DNA from: an uncultured virus (IMG/VR IMGVR_UViG_3300014819_001231)
Lineage: Duplodnaviria; Heunggongvirae; Uroviricota; Caudoviricetes
Virus record (IMG/VR): IMGVR_UViG_3300014819_001231
Length of the DNA stretch: 64,000 nt
Reading direction: 5' to 3' (one strand)
In this document: positions 31,301-44,500 of the stretch, one piece after another
Position numbering within the stretch: the stretch's first letter is position 1
Layout: every line of letters starts with the position of its first letter
Made by a program: the position numbers and the translations under genes
Notes under the pieces: generated by a model
Databases searched by the model: none
Seen by the model: only the letters and a program-made list of their open reading frames with translations
Told to the model about the DNA's origin: nothing

Positions 31301-32478
31301 ATTTGATATTCATTTTGCCCTGAAGAAGTAATCAATGTTTCAATAGCATATATCGGTGTATAATTGAACATTGATTTTTTAATATAATGCGATGTGATAG
31401 GTACAGCTAATGATGTATATAGCGCAAAATTACTTTCATCGCCGTAATTTACAGGAATGGGCTGTGGCTGGTTTAATTGATCATAAATGGAATCATCTGA
31501 TGCTAAAACCATACCTCGATCTGTGTATATTGTGTAAGAAACTCCTGTGTATTGCGTTAAATTATAAACCACACCATCAGTAGATTCTAATAACTGTGTA
31601 GTGTAAGGCTCATTAGCTGGACCGGATGTAATTATATATTGATCTCCAAGGCCTATTGAAGAGTCAGTGGTGGGTGTAACTATGAACCAATATTTCCCTT
31701 GGCTAAGCAACAATGGGTTTGCAAGGGTAAATTGCGCAAATGTACTAGCTTTGGCTGTTAGATTTGAAAAATCTACCGTGGTAGATACGCCAAGGATTAC
31801 AGGAGAAGGTGAATCAAAATAATCTTGGTTAATAGTTAAATACGCTTTTGCATTAACACCGAAACCATTCAATGACCCAATCTGTATTCCCACTCCTAAT
31901 AAATTTTGATCACCAAATACATTAAAGTCGCCAGCAAAATATTTGAGAGTATTAAATTGTATACCTTGTCCAAGATTAATGACCGTAGAAGAAAGCGCGG
32001 CAAATCTATGCACCTGCATCGGACCCAGAAAACCCTCGTTAATTGTTATTTGACCAACAGGAGGCTGTCTCTTAAGAATAAAATTTGCAGAAGGAGAACT
32101 AGAACCAGTGGTGATGCCTGTGGTGTAATTAGAATATATTACGCTTGTAAAACTATAGTTGTTTTGCTGAATCATCTCCATCAAAGATGGAGCCAAATCA
32201 TCTACGAAAATTGTTGAATTTGCCACCATGATAGAAGTGGCTATGTTCGCTCCGCCGCTAGTGGTTATTCCTCCAGAATATAAATTTAGTTTAGCGTTAT
32301 GATCAGGATTGATTGAATTCGCCAAAGTGACATTCACTTGATTTGGAGCTACAGTATAGGTATTAATAGCTCTAAATACATTGTTATCAAACACGAAAGC
32401 ATAATTTGTATTAAAGCCAGTGACAGTATCAGTGGAATATATTATTAAATTTGAATTTTTTACTGAAGCTGTTATCAT
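28378..32478 (-). CDS. Large virion structural protein (propeller, PA14-like, C-terminal PKD-like)
   Basis: 1366 aa. YTVYARFTDTYGN, GQWIQFKLVL...TPVVQSV, and C-terminal FVNNSIG.ISSYNWSFG...QNP. Confidence 0.6.
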   Translation of the reverse strand: MITASVKNSNLIIYSTDTVTGFNTNYAFVFDNNVFRAINTYTVAPNQVNVTLANSINPDHNAKLNLYSGGITTSGGANIATSIMVANSTIFVDDLAPSLMEMIQQNNYSFTSVIYSNYTTGITTGSSSPSANFILKRQPPVGQITINEGFLGPMQVHRFAALSSTVINLGQGIQFNTLKYFAGDFNVFGDQNLLGVGIQIGSLNGFGVNAKAYLTINQDYFDSPSPVILGVSTTVDFSNLTAKASTFAQFTLANPLLLSQGKYWFIVTPTTDSSIGLGDQYIITSGPANEPYTTQLLESTDGVVYNLTQYTGVSYTIYTDRGMVLASDDSIYDQLNQPQPIPVNYGDESNFALYTSLAVPITSHYIKKSMFNYTPIYAIETLITSSGQNEYQIFDEKNNTYYYNMISNALTQNIIRYNFNSPITTNELKLISLGDYYATSTKGTVLISASDFIGISTIEISTNKNFPSNGTTIIDLSSSAPQQYLQNINFDFGNNSSQFANLVNSIGGNIKYVYLVNINNVESYLIITDTSVYINTNNTTSNIYNLSSSIFTTSVIANIGILLGDSVGNIYNYVNKNVQLITSCNLPITSCAVLSINTYFGVSQVSDPTAQISDRQRIFTFSNSSLTAQNWSTQIPEPEVTFLYATSFGLIIGSWDQIKLIGKIWLYDSSTQKLTLQYSTFYRPDVAYYSSNSGNLYVGFGGSKIFYSPVVKSVITGFISSSLVFVGTVFKQINNTRITGKIIVITNLAGFIFDETNFTTITLATPSYSPTDSYGLLTLMQNNDLGLTNLPSSYVIENYTNINTDPNLLGYSSNFSYNAFGYLFSNISTSANYFLQYPNSFTPYITINGSPISLNNNTFTQNLIASTPISFSLSISGQALTGVGTIALYNGLSSSGNLVGINSFISPKNLNWYVQTGSTEDIFGYSDGTLKTADTSYFATGQYTVYARFTDTYGNRSSINNLISDNIYSQIQQQSNNQATPSGRIVEINPNQNVNNVNLFTPQPDGSSNYIYSGTKMVRETGVFESDPFYAADVTTWSQIQVLALIPGYQQDESYIQNPNSFPPDNYEWGTSVTLYVKTAGSLMDLNDKDYINSYSLSTIDNYTNYQNQIVSILGNIASLSGQWIQFKLVLTTASKNITPVVQSVLITYSGAGTSQFLTKTFNASTQSSITPTPQFRRGILTANFVTNGGSVSFGYTTDPTNVNPSTYTPITPNQIFTLSSPSSTIKFGVILKSSTSNAAFFDEFAVQMDMGPNNLYFMPPQAAFTIKKYVNSSGIAVTNGYQFVNNSIGIISSYNWSFGTSYPLGIATFVPPNEDSLAGPAINRQNPIIIFSTSAVQTIGLFITGYVENNIVYNSEFITKQFIST

Positions 32479-32518
32479 TCAACTTATTTTTTCTTAATTT
32501 CTGTGCTTTTTGCCTATA

Positions 32519-35500
32519 TTATCCGCGAGGCCTTGAAGAATCAAGAACCAATGTCATTGTATCGTTTGTTGAAGAATGGAATATATTGGTCATCCCCGTA
32601 CTAGTTTTGGAGCCATTATAGGTGAGCAGTTGTGCCACGCCTTGACTATTTGCATAATTAAGACCAATCTCATAATTATTTACAACGGGGAAATAATAAG
32701 CAAAAGTAGTACCTGCAAGAAGCCCGCTCAAGGTAGTAACATAAATATAATCAGGACTTGAACCTATTGGGGGATTGTTTGCGTTGTAAGAATTACCCCA
32801 CATTATTGAATTTATTGTAGCAGGAACTTTCACGTATGCTTTTATTTTTAGGTCAGCAATATTAATCACCAAAATATAATTTGTTGATGTAGCTGCTATA
32901 ATCGCTCCTTCTGCATAATTTTCAATAAAGTTAATGTATCCGAATTGATTTCCGCTTTGTGTAATTATATTTGTATAAGCTAAATTTGTCAAAGTCTGCC
33001 CTGCAGATAAATTAGTAAACCAAAACGGCGCATTACCAGTGTAACCGTAAGCGTCATAAGCATATAAATCGCCATTTTGTCCAGCCACAAATAATACCCG
33101 ATTTTGATCATCAATATATAAACTCTTCAAACATGACACTGAAGATCCAATATTCCAGGAAGTAATTATTTCATTTGATCCTGTATTGCTTCTAAAACCA
33201 TACAGATTAACAGCACCATCGTTAAACCCAACCGCAAAATTAAGCAAATAAGGGACATTATTTTGATCGCTAATCCCCCAACCTGAAGACACAAAGCCGT
33301 AAATTTGAGACCCGTCTATAAAAGTGGGTTTATTAGTGGTGTTAAATTGTGATGCAACATAAAGTAAAGGTTCACCAGGAGTGTATGCTGAGTCTTTGCT
33401 ATTATATGCTGATTGAATTTCAACTAAAGTTACTGTCCAATTGTTATTTGAATTACTATAATCCAAAATATAAATCCAGCCTGTAGCAGGGGTTCCAGGG
33501 AATGTGGTGCTGTTGTAAGTTGCATCATATCCTCCTACAGAAATATCTTGAGCCCCTTGTATAAATCCTATCCATGATTTGGCGGTGGCTGAGTAATTTT
33601 GCTGAGCATAATATATATCCACACCTTGCGACCCTAAAACAACCATATACCCACCATAATCTGGATAATATGTACTATACTGATTAAATGACTGTACCGC
33701 TTTCTGTGGCACAGAACCATACAATGAGCTTGACTCGAAGGAAGCGCTAAATAGAATAGCAGCTATACCAGAGAGAGATCCAAAATCTTTGTAAGTCAAA
33801 TAAGCCGACCCACTATAACTGCCTGAAGCATAAAGCGAGTTATTGTTTTTTACTCCCGATGATACAGACGGCAAATAAGGAACTACTCCACCAGTAACAT
33901 ATACTGATCCAACCCCTAGAGTCCACACATAATGCTGGCTGTCTTTGGCAATTTTATAAATAGGAGCACCATAAATACTCAAACCTTGAGGGAAATAATT
34001 CGCCATAGCAACTGTTGTTATACTTGCAGTTAATCCAGCACTATTATATGCGTTTGTGCTTCCTGTGATATAGATAGAATTTATATTTGTTGCATTTGAA
34101 GAGATTACAGCAAATCCAGTGGCCAAGCTTCCAAAATTAGAATTTCCAGATATTGTAACGCTTGGAGCTTGAGTATAACCAAATCCAGGTGCGGTAATTA
34201 CGATTGATGTAACCTGGGCATAACTTATGCTTGCATATCCTGTAGCCAATGTTCCAAAACCATTATTTCCATAAAATGTCATTGTTGGAGTTTGAGTGTA
34301 ACCCAAACCAGGATTAGTTAATACAACAGACACAATCTGACCATTATTTGTCACAGCAATTCCAGTGGCAGTGGTAGTGCCTATGCCTGTTGCCGGTGCA
34401 GAGAATAAAACGGTGGCACCAGAAGTGTATCCAAATCCTGAACTTGATATTGAGACAGAGGTAATATATCCACCGCTCGTCACAGCGATACCTGTAGCAA
34501 GAGCAGTGTTTACACCTGCAGGAGGCGTGGAAAAAGCCACTACAGCCCCCGCCGTATATCCAATTCCACTTGAAGATATACTTGCTCCACTTACATAGCC
34601 TTGATTATTTGGAATATTCCCTGCAACAACAAGACTAAATTGAGAATCAGCAAAAATTAAGTTTGAAAATTCAATCGGCACGACATTGTTTGATGAATTA
34701 TATTTCGTTAAAATATTAGGCGTAGGGATATACACAGTAGTAGTAGCCAATCCAATTTGTCCGCTAGTATTGAAACCCCAAGCAAAAACCCCAGAACTTG
34801 AAGCTCCAAGTGCTACGTCAGTCCAAGAACCAGAGGCAACAGTGTGTTGTGGGCCCACATCAATAGAAGAAATAACTAAATTAGAAATATTTCTTGTTGA
34901 TCCATTGTATGTAAGTTGTGTTATGGTTTTACTTGTTAATCCAATATTTGTCTGATATTGCCCAAATTCAAATAAGGATTGGATTCCTGTCTGGTTATTG
35001 AAAGTTACCACTGCCCCTCTGTAATTAAATACCGAGAACAACTGTACACTTGTTGACATTAAATATGGGACAGAAGTGGAAGCTCCTGATACTGGTATTG
35101 AAGTGCCAAGGCAATAATATGAATTATCTCCAAAACTCCACAAAGAATTATCAGAGGTAATTACATAAGATGAATTATTTTGCGCGTAAATATCTCGTGC
35201 GCTATATGAGAAATTAACTCTTACAAAAGTGGATGTATTTTGTGTGCCTAAATTGTTTTTCCCTAATTGGCCGTATGTATTATCACCAATTGCATATACA
35301 TAACCCAGATTGTTAATCGCAAGATTATGAAGATATCCAGATGCAGTTTTTACAACATTCGGCAAGCCCATATAATATTTTAGTGCATTTTTGGGAACTC
35401 CAGTATTAGGGTTATATTTTGATAACGACCCAGCATAATTGTAACCCATTCCAAATGGTCCGCCTGAATTTGCAAATCCACTAATAAAATATTTTTGAGT

Positions 35501-38500
35501 GGACCCTAAATATGTGACAAACCCAGTAAAAACAATGTCAGTTTTGAATGATCCTATGTTAAATTGATAACCAGCTCCTAGCTGATTAGATGGCAAAGTA
35601 TAGGTATTATTGTAATTTGATATAGCCACACCCAGTGAAGTGGATATTGGTAATATTTTATTTAATGTAATATTAAATGTAGTTTGTGATGTTGAGAAAA
35701 ATGGATTAAACACCAAGGAATAAGTAGGTATACTATCAATATTAATTGTCGTGGTACCTATACCTGAAGGCGAAGATTGTAAAATTGCTGTTACGCTTGT
35801 TGAAATATAAGCACTTGTTTGTCCTGCGCCAAAACTTACAGAAGCCGTGTTTGAATTAGCAGACACAGTGCCAATACCCAAAACAGGGTAAGATGCACTT
35901 TGGTTATATATAAACAGACCTGGATAAACGCTGGAAAACAATACTGTTTGTATTCCTGTGGCAACATATGCGCTCAACACAACCGTACCCACGGCTGTAG
36001 CCCCAATCCCTCCAATTAAATTGAGTGTGGAAATACCACTAGTGAGGTAAGGCCATACTGGATTAATTTTGAATGAATTAATCAAGAAAGGTGTGACCGT
36101 CAAACCGCCAAAAGTGCTTGTATATCCATTCGGGCCATAAGCGGTAATAGCAAGTCCTGTAATTATAGAAGTGGTAAATCCAGTAGCATACCCCGTAGAA
36201 GTGGCTGATCCATTAAAACTCAAAATTGTTGTATTGAAGCCTACTACACCAGAGGAAGCAGATAGCGTTATAGATGTGGATAATCCACTCGTGCTAAAAT
36301 TGAGATTTGCGGTAATTATAAAAGATTGTGCAATTCCATTTGAATTGTTCGCGCCACCAGTGATTGTAATAGGAGAAATATTAAAATTAGAGATTCGCCA
36401 TATTTCGGTAGAAAGAATCAACCCTGGTACAGGAGAAGTATTAAATCCAAATGGAGCGCCTTGCACTGTAATTGCAAGCCCGATTGCAGAAGCCTGAACG
36501 GTTGTTGACAGTCCAAATGTTGTCGATATATTTCCGCTAAGCACGGTGGTGAGCCCTGAATAAACCATATTTATGCTTACAGGACTACTTATTATATTTA
36601 CTATTGTAACATTGCTCGCTGGCGTGGTGTTAAGCGTATAAGTGATGTAAGATGTCTGTAAACCGATAACAGGATTATAAGTATTTGCTGTAGTTGATTT
36701 TATCAACAATGGCAACGCTGTTATTGAAGCTGTTGAAATGGTGCCAGTGGCAATACCAGTAATATTGATTGACGTGGAATTAGTGACAGCTACACCAATC
36801 GTCAATGGAATAGATGTGGAAAAAGTATTTGGCAATACCGTAACCACTCCCACAGGGAATCCTAGTATTGTAGGAGCAGAAGAAATGATATTAATTGGGA
36901 AATTTCCTGAAGGAGCGGCTGAAAGTTGCCCGGTGTAAATCACTTTCCCATAATATTGATTGCCAGTAAAAATTCCAGAATTCAAGCCTGAACTTAATGT
37001 GGAAGTTAATACAAAAGGATTGTCAGTAATTGTTGCAGTGGAAATTCCTCGGTAAATTGCATTCACAGTTATTTGAGTAGAGGCGAATGTAGCAATACCA
37101 TTGATTAAAGTGGCTGTGCTTGAAATAGAGCCAGCAAGCACAGTTTGAATTCCAGCATTCGGGGCTCCAAGAAGATTATTTTTAGATGATATTAATTGAT
37201 ATGTTCTTGAAGTTTTAGGTGTAGCAACAAGAGTTACTGTGGAAACAATTACATTATTAGAATAGCTCACATAACTGCTTGTGCTTAAAGATATTCCACT
37301 TATTGTAATTGGGTTTATTGTGAAACTAGCAGTGGAAATACTAGCGCTGTCGGTTGCAATCAGGTTAGCTGTTGTAGCAATAGATGTAGAACCCAATCCA
37401 ATTTGTATTACTTTGACAACATCTTGTGGACCAAAATATATTGAACTTGGAGGATTAACGACAGAAGAGTTACTGCTTAAGTAAATAAATGTACCAGCAG
37501 GATTTGGATTATAAGGATAAATAATGACCGCATTAATGTTTTGTTCTTCATATGTGCTACCCGTGGAAAGCCCCACGATGATCGATGCCTGTGGTTGTTT
37601 CTTACTGGTAATTTTGTTTAATATACCAGAAAGGAAATATGATCCGCTTAAACTGTTTATGTCATTTGGCGAAACAATTGTGTAAATTGAAGAAATTCCA
37701 ATTAAATTATTTTCAAAATTGCCAGTAACATCGCTCCAAACATTTCCATTAAATCTAAAAATTTTACTACTTAAATCTGAAAGAATTGTCGTAGATCTTT
37801 GATCATGAATAGATTTAGAGACGGCATACAAGTAGCCATCTAGATTTCTGAGCACTCTAATTGAATCTGAATTTGGAAGTACATAACTTGTATTAACATT
37901 ATAGTTAAGCGAGTTGGAAACAATATTTGTGCTAAAGCCTATTTGCAGTGAATGCCAAATAAATTGAGAAGAAGATGTTTGCGCATATCCTAAAATTAAG
38001 TTTGAGGTGCCGTTTGTTAAAACATTTTCTGGCTCATATAAATATCCAAATCTGATGATTGGGTTTGCCTGAACCCCTGTAGTAAAGAAATTAGATGTAG
38101 ACGCAAGAACAATATTTAGCTTATTATCATTTATATAAATACTGTTGTTGTCTTTAATAATGGTCAAACTATATAAAGATTGGATGTTTGTTGTTACTTG
38201 CGTGAATGTATTATTGCCAAATGTAATTAATAGATTTTCTTCTCGGACAGTAAATGTAACTTTTAATATTGAAGAAAAATTAGAAATTTCAAAAGCTTGA
38301 GTGCCAGACAAAGCTTCAAAGATAAATGTTATTCCATAATTTGAGTTATTATAACACCTATTAAACCAAATATTATTTTTTGTAGATTGATAAAAGGTTT
38401 GCCCATTAGTTGTGTATATTGACAATAGGCTTGAATTTATTCCGGTTAGAGATACGGTAGAAATTCCTCCAAAATTGTAGTTTTTAACCAACTGCCAATC

Positions 38501-41500
38501 AGAAAGAATGTCAAAATTTTTAGGACTATACAATAGTGTATTATTTTGGAACCGGCCAAAAATCACCGATGCATCTGATCTGTTTACTACCCCCACCAAT
38601 GGTTTAGACAATGATGAAAAATACAGTGAAGTGGTTAGACCCCTGCCATATGTCTCAAGATTATATGTGGTTACGTGATTAAGATCATTATTATTTTGCG
38701 CAATTGGGAGATTCGTCAAAGTAAATTGCGTGAGAGTTTTATCCAAGAAATCTATGCCGTTGATAGAATTAGATAAAAATAACCTATTATCAAATGATTT
38801 GATGTCATAAATTGAACCTTTTGGCCCAGATAATAATAAATCATCCGAAAACACATAAGAAATCTGAGGATTAAAAATAGAACTAGAAAATGTAATATAT
38901 GGAATAGTTCCAATTCCGTAACTATTTCCTGTAACGTTTATAGAATTTATTACCGTACCACTTAAGGTTATACCATTGCTGCTAAATGAAACAGAAGAAG
39001 TAGATATAGAAACGATTACACTTGTTGCAAATCCACCAGAAAGTGAATAATTAAATCCAGAGTTTAAACTGAATACTTGGTCTGTTCCATAAACATTAAC
39101 ACTTTGAATTGAACCATTACCCATTGTCACATTTGCAATTGTTGACAAACCATTAATTAATAATTGAGGAACACCAGTGTATCCAAATCCAGGGTTTGCA
39201 ATGCTCATGCCTGCTAGTCTGTAGATTAGAGAAGGAGTTAAAGTGGCCCCAGAACCTGATCCTGTTGATGTAACAGTTAATGAAATATTTGATGTAGTGC
39301 CAATACCCGCACTGCTAACAGAAACAGAATAAATTGAATCATAGTTTATAGAATTTGTTGAATTAGCGGGTATAATTACCGCGCCACTTCCAAAACCACT
39401 ATTGCCCACCACTGTAATTGTTGGGAAGGAAGTGTATCCATATCCTGGGTTCGTCAGGCTTATACTGAATATTGATGAGTTCAAACTTGTTGTTACTGTA
39501 GCGGTAGCTTGCGCTGTCCCTACACCGGCAGGAGGCGCTGATATCTGCACAGTGGCACCAGAAGTGTAACCAATACCAGGATTAAACACTTGTAATTGAG
39601 CAAGAGAGCCTCTGAGTACAACATTGAATTGAGCGCCAGATAAATTTGTTGCAGAAATTTTAGGGATTGTTTTATATTGACTGCCTGCACTAGTTACTAT
39701 TACTGAACCAATTCCATAACTATAGATTGGCGACAACTGTGATGGCACATAAGTAGAGCTTACGCTGTAGCTTATTGCATTTCCAGACCATAAACCAGAA
39801 TTTATAACATTAATTGATTGTAATTTTATCAGCTGTGTTGAGATTTGTTGCCAAATACCCGCAGTAAGATTAGAGCTTAATGTTCTGAATAGCCTAGGAT
39901 AATTTAAAGTGCTTGCATATACATATTCTGTATTCTCTACAGGAAATGTATGAATTTCAAATTTTGATATTGGAAGAGGTGCGCCACCGATTTTGAATTG
40001 AGCGAATGGACCAGTGATCAAGCCATTCACATATAAATAAGTTTTACCTAAATTGTCTCCAATAATTACATTACCATTCACGTTTTTCATTGCAGTGATG
40101 GCATTGGAATAAATGAATCCAGAATAAATTACTTGAACAAGTTTCACTCCGTTCCACACAAAAAGTGTGGCAGAATTATTTTGAGAAGCGCCAATCAGCA
40201 ACACAGGATTATTACTATAGGTAGCTCTTTCGATCACTGTGAATGTGCAATTAATCAAAAGTTTAGAAACAATATTCCAGGTATAAGTATAAATATTTTG
40301 ATTATTTGTGTTGCTGTTGTAAAGTACGTTGTTTGCAAAATCTTTAAATTGAAATTCTGCAGAAACAATACCATCTGCAACGCCATCTGGTAAATAAATA
40401 TTTGTATAGTTGTCGTAATCTATCCAATTTGAGAATGTTTTCTCGGGCAAAATTCTATACCTAAAAGATTTTACGCCACTCACAATGTCTGATGCGTTCA
40501 ACTGAGCCACAACCGATGTGGATGATGTAATTGAGATCGGCGTGGCGTAGTCTTTATTTACAAAACTAACATTGGCAATTGGCCCTTGAGTATCCACTAA
40601 TGCAGTTTCAATATAAAAACTCTCCACCTCATTTGTTTGAGATATATTCCCAATATTGTCAGCTACTTGAAGAGAATATCTATAAAATCCTGAAAGTGGC
40701 TCACCTACAACTAGGCCTGTATTATCTGAGACATAAGATGGATATGCAACAAAAGTGGCAATACCGTAATAACTATTGTTGTTCATACTAAACCAGCTTC
40801 CATAAATAATCTGGTTAATAGGATTTTTCTGAACAATTCTTGCTAAATTTAATCCGCTACCACTATCTAAAACTGTAGACAAGCCAAGTAAAACAATTTT
40901 GCCTGTGTCACTTATTGAACTTAAAATCCCTAATGTTGGTGCAACATTATCAACAATATAACACGAAGAAAATCCGCTTTGCGGAGATTTTATACCAGCT
41001 TCGTTAATCGCATAAACTCCACTTGTTAAATATTTATTATTAGAAACAGAAATATAGTTTATGTCATATGTAGAAAAAGCTTGATAAATTATTCCTGGAT
41101 TTTTGAACATTCTATAATCTGTGCCATAGTTGGAAAGATTAAATGAAGATCCTTGCGTGATCAATGGGTTATTATTTCCAGAAAAAGAAATTAATAAATT
41201 ATAACTTGCCGGGAATAAATTTGTAGTTATTCCAGCAATTTGGCTTGAAGAAATTGCAAAATTTGAAAATACTGTATTATTCGAGCTACTTTTATCTAAT
41301 AGATTTGAAAAATAATTATTTTGGAGCAAAGAATTCCATTGAGTGGTTGCATCCGTTTCAGTGATGTAACCCTTTGGTGAATTTACAAGTTTAATTTTTA
41401 CTTGATCAGCCGAATTAGTATTTTGTGTTAAAAGCGAACTGATCGCCACACGGATATATTGTGGGTAGTTTAGATATGTAGATATACCAGTGGTGAGTAA

Positions 41501-44500
41501 TGCATTGCTTGATAAATACAATGGAACTTGAATTATATTGGGAATCCACTCTCCAGTGATCAAATCTTCTAACCAAAGAGTATCACCAAAAATATTTCCC
41601 TGTTGTACATAAATTGTATTTTCATTTGATGATAGATTGTACTTTAACCATTGTTGGTATTGAACTTGATAAACACCATTTTGTGTTTTGTCTTGTTGAC
41701 CGGCCACTAAAACAAAATCACAATGGTTAAGATAAACTCCATCTACATATGTTAATCCGTAAAGAGATAGCGCACTTGTAATCGCAGCTGTTACATTAAA
41801 TAACGGGGCGGTAATTGGCGGATTATAGCTAAAATTTGTTACTTGATTTTGAGCAAAATAAGCACCGATTAATGGAAAGTCAAACTCAGATTGGTTTAAT
41901 ACATTCTGTGAAAGCAAATTCTTTCCATAACTACTTGAATAATCAGAATTTTGGGCTGAATATAAATTAAAATATGTAGAATTTATTGAGCTTTCCAAAT
42001 AGTTATAATTTGATGTCACATTTGTAGAATTTAAAATTGTAACATTACCATTTCCAGAAAGAGAAATGAATGGATAATAACCATAAGCTAATGAAGCATT
42101 TTCGCCAGGGTCTGATTGATATTGCGATACTTTAAATGATAAATCTATAGAGCCATATTTAATACTCAAAATAGGAATTAATTTAAACCCGTCATCAATA
42201 TTAGATCTCACAATCGTTAATTTAGCTACAGCTGTAGCATCGATACTTGGAGAAAATCCATCAAAAATTGTGTGAATTGTATAATCACCAGAACTAGTAA
42301 TTAAATTAATATTCACTGGCCCACTATTGGCACTAGAGTAATTTGTAAAATCTAAAGCAAAAGCTATTATATTTGAAACTCCGGTTAATGTTCGTAAAAG
42401 TGTAGGCTGATTATAATATTGACCCAAACTGGCATTTTTTGCACTCGTATCAGTAAGGCCAAAAACTAATTTTCCATTCATATTTATGGATTTGTTTGGC
42501 GTAAAACTAATTAAATTTGAAGTGGAACCAGCAGAATCTGGAACCGGAACATAATAATTATAGGAATTAATTGTTGGGTCTAGTGTTGGGTTTGCGTTCG
42601 CCGCACCGCCATATATTCTTAGTTTTGCGTACCTTGTGTTTGTTGCCGCATTTAAATTGAATGTGATAAGCATTCTTCCGGTTTTCACATCAAAAGATTC
42701 ACTTAATGTGACATAAGGTGTAGCAACTGAACCTGATGAAGCATAATTAGTCCAAGTAATAAAATCTGGCGAAGTTTCTATTGAATATTTAAAATCTGGC
42801 AATGAGGTGGGGCAATCGGGAGGATTTACCACTTGAATATTTATAGAAAATTTTTGAATGGTTCCTATTGTTGAAAAATCGTACAAGAAGTTAATACTAT
42901 TAGTTATTGTAGTAGCTGTTGTAGTGACAGCAACAGACGTGGGACTAATTATATTTTGAGAAATTGCATTTATTGTGTAAGAATCACCAGGATTTACACT
43001 TTTTGCATTAACAGTAATTGTATTTCTTCCAACATTATTGACTGTAACTTCTTGAGAAATAATATTTGCAGACGGGTTGCCATTGGTGTTAATGTAGTAC
43101 GAGAATGTATCGCTGTTTGTTAAGTTGCCGCGAGTTTTAATAACAGCAGGAGGGGCAAGAGTGGCATTTGGGTTTTTTGATGTGTAATAGAAAAGATTTG
43201 TTGAAAGAGGATTTGATATTGAGCAGATATCACTCGCTGTCGAGTCAGAACAATATAAATCATACTGTGCGTTGTTATTCCAAGATAATTGGGCAAATAT
43301 ATTGTATTGAGACAAACTTTGAGGCAAAGTTTGTCCCACCACTTGGATTAATGAATCAGAAAAAGTAAAATCGTTAAAATTTGTATTAGAATCAACAGAC
43401 CAGCCAATCTTAACTGGGCTGAATCCCTTCGCGTTGGTATAAAATTCAACAGAAAATGTATTCTCTAATGAAAATGTTGGAATGCTTGATTGGGCTTCTA
43501 TTAATGTAAGATTGTTATTATTTGGGTTTGATGAATTAGAATACAACAAAAGATTGCCCGAATAGTCATTTTGAGAATTATAACTAATTGTTCCAGAGCT
43601 TGATGAATTATATAATTTAAACCATGTATTTAGTGAATCTTGGTTAGCAAAATTATAATAATATGGCAGTGCGCTTTGAGGTGAAATTTTTTCAGAGGGA
43701 GTTACTGAAGCTGAAATAACCCCGTATGCTAAACCATATTGGCTAGCCTCCACCGTTATTGATGTAGAGGCATTACGAACATAACATCTTAGTTCACAAT
43801 ATATGTTTGTGCTGATTGCTAAACTTGATGAAAAAATCTGTTCATTTAAAACAACATAACTGGATTCACTATCCGTTTTATAAAGGCTTTTTAATTGGAA
43901 AATATTATTGGTTGTGTCAATTATCTCAATAAGAGTGATAATTGTTCCACCTTGGAAAATTTTAGAAACTAATTCTGGATTAAAAATAGTTTGAGATACA
44001 TAATTAATATCAGGCACATAATTAGCATTTGTACTCCAGGTGGAATCATCAATAGAGGTATAGATGGTTAAACTTTGTGTGGAAATATCTGCAACGAATT
44101 GTTGTCTTACGAATTTTTTATTTGCGCCTGTAGTTGTGCTATTGACTAAATTGCTTTCTAAGAAATATATTGCCCCAGCACTGTAACTGGGTATTGTGTC
44201 AAGCTTATAGTGTATTTCGCTCCAATATATGTTGTTTGAAGCCGTAAGTTGAAAAGCATTTGACGATATATAATCTGCGTAAGATGCGGAATTTCCAATA
44301 TTAGCAGATGGACTAATTGTATAAGAAGCCGGAACATTATTATCTTTGTTGGATATTGGCGCAGTATTAAACAAATAGCTATTTGTACTTGTGTTATTTC
44401 TATAGCTGTTGCTTGTTGATATCAGAAGCAAATTGTCCCAAAAATAAGAAGTGATCGAGAGATCAGTTGACCCTATTAATCCGCTTGAGCTTGAAGTATT

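Noticed and set aside
34365..37484. Several plus-strand ORFs of 66-108 aa
   Set aside because: Antisense shadows inside the 4201-aa gene, with no independent signals.
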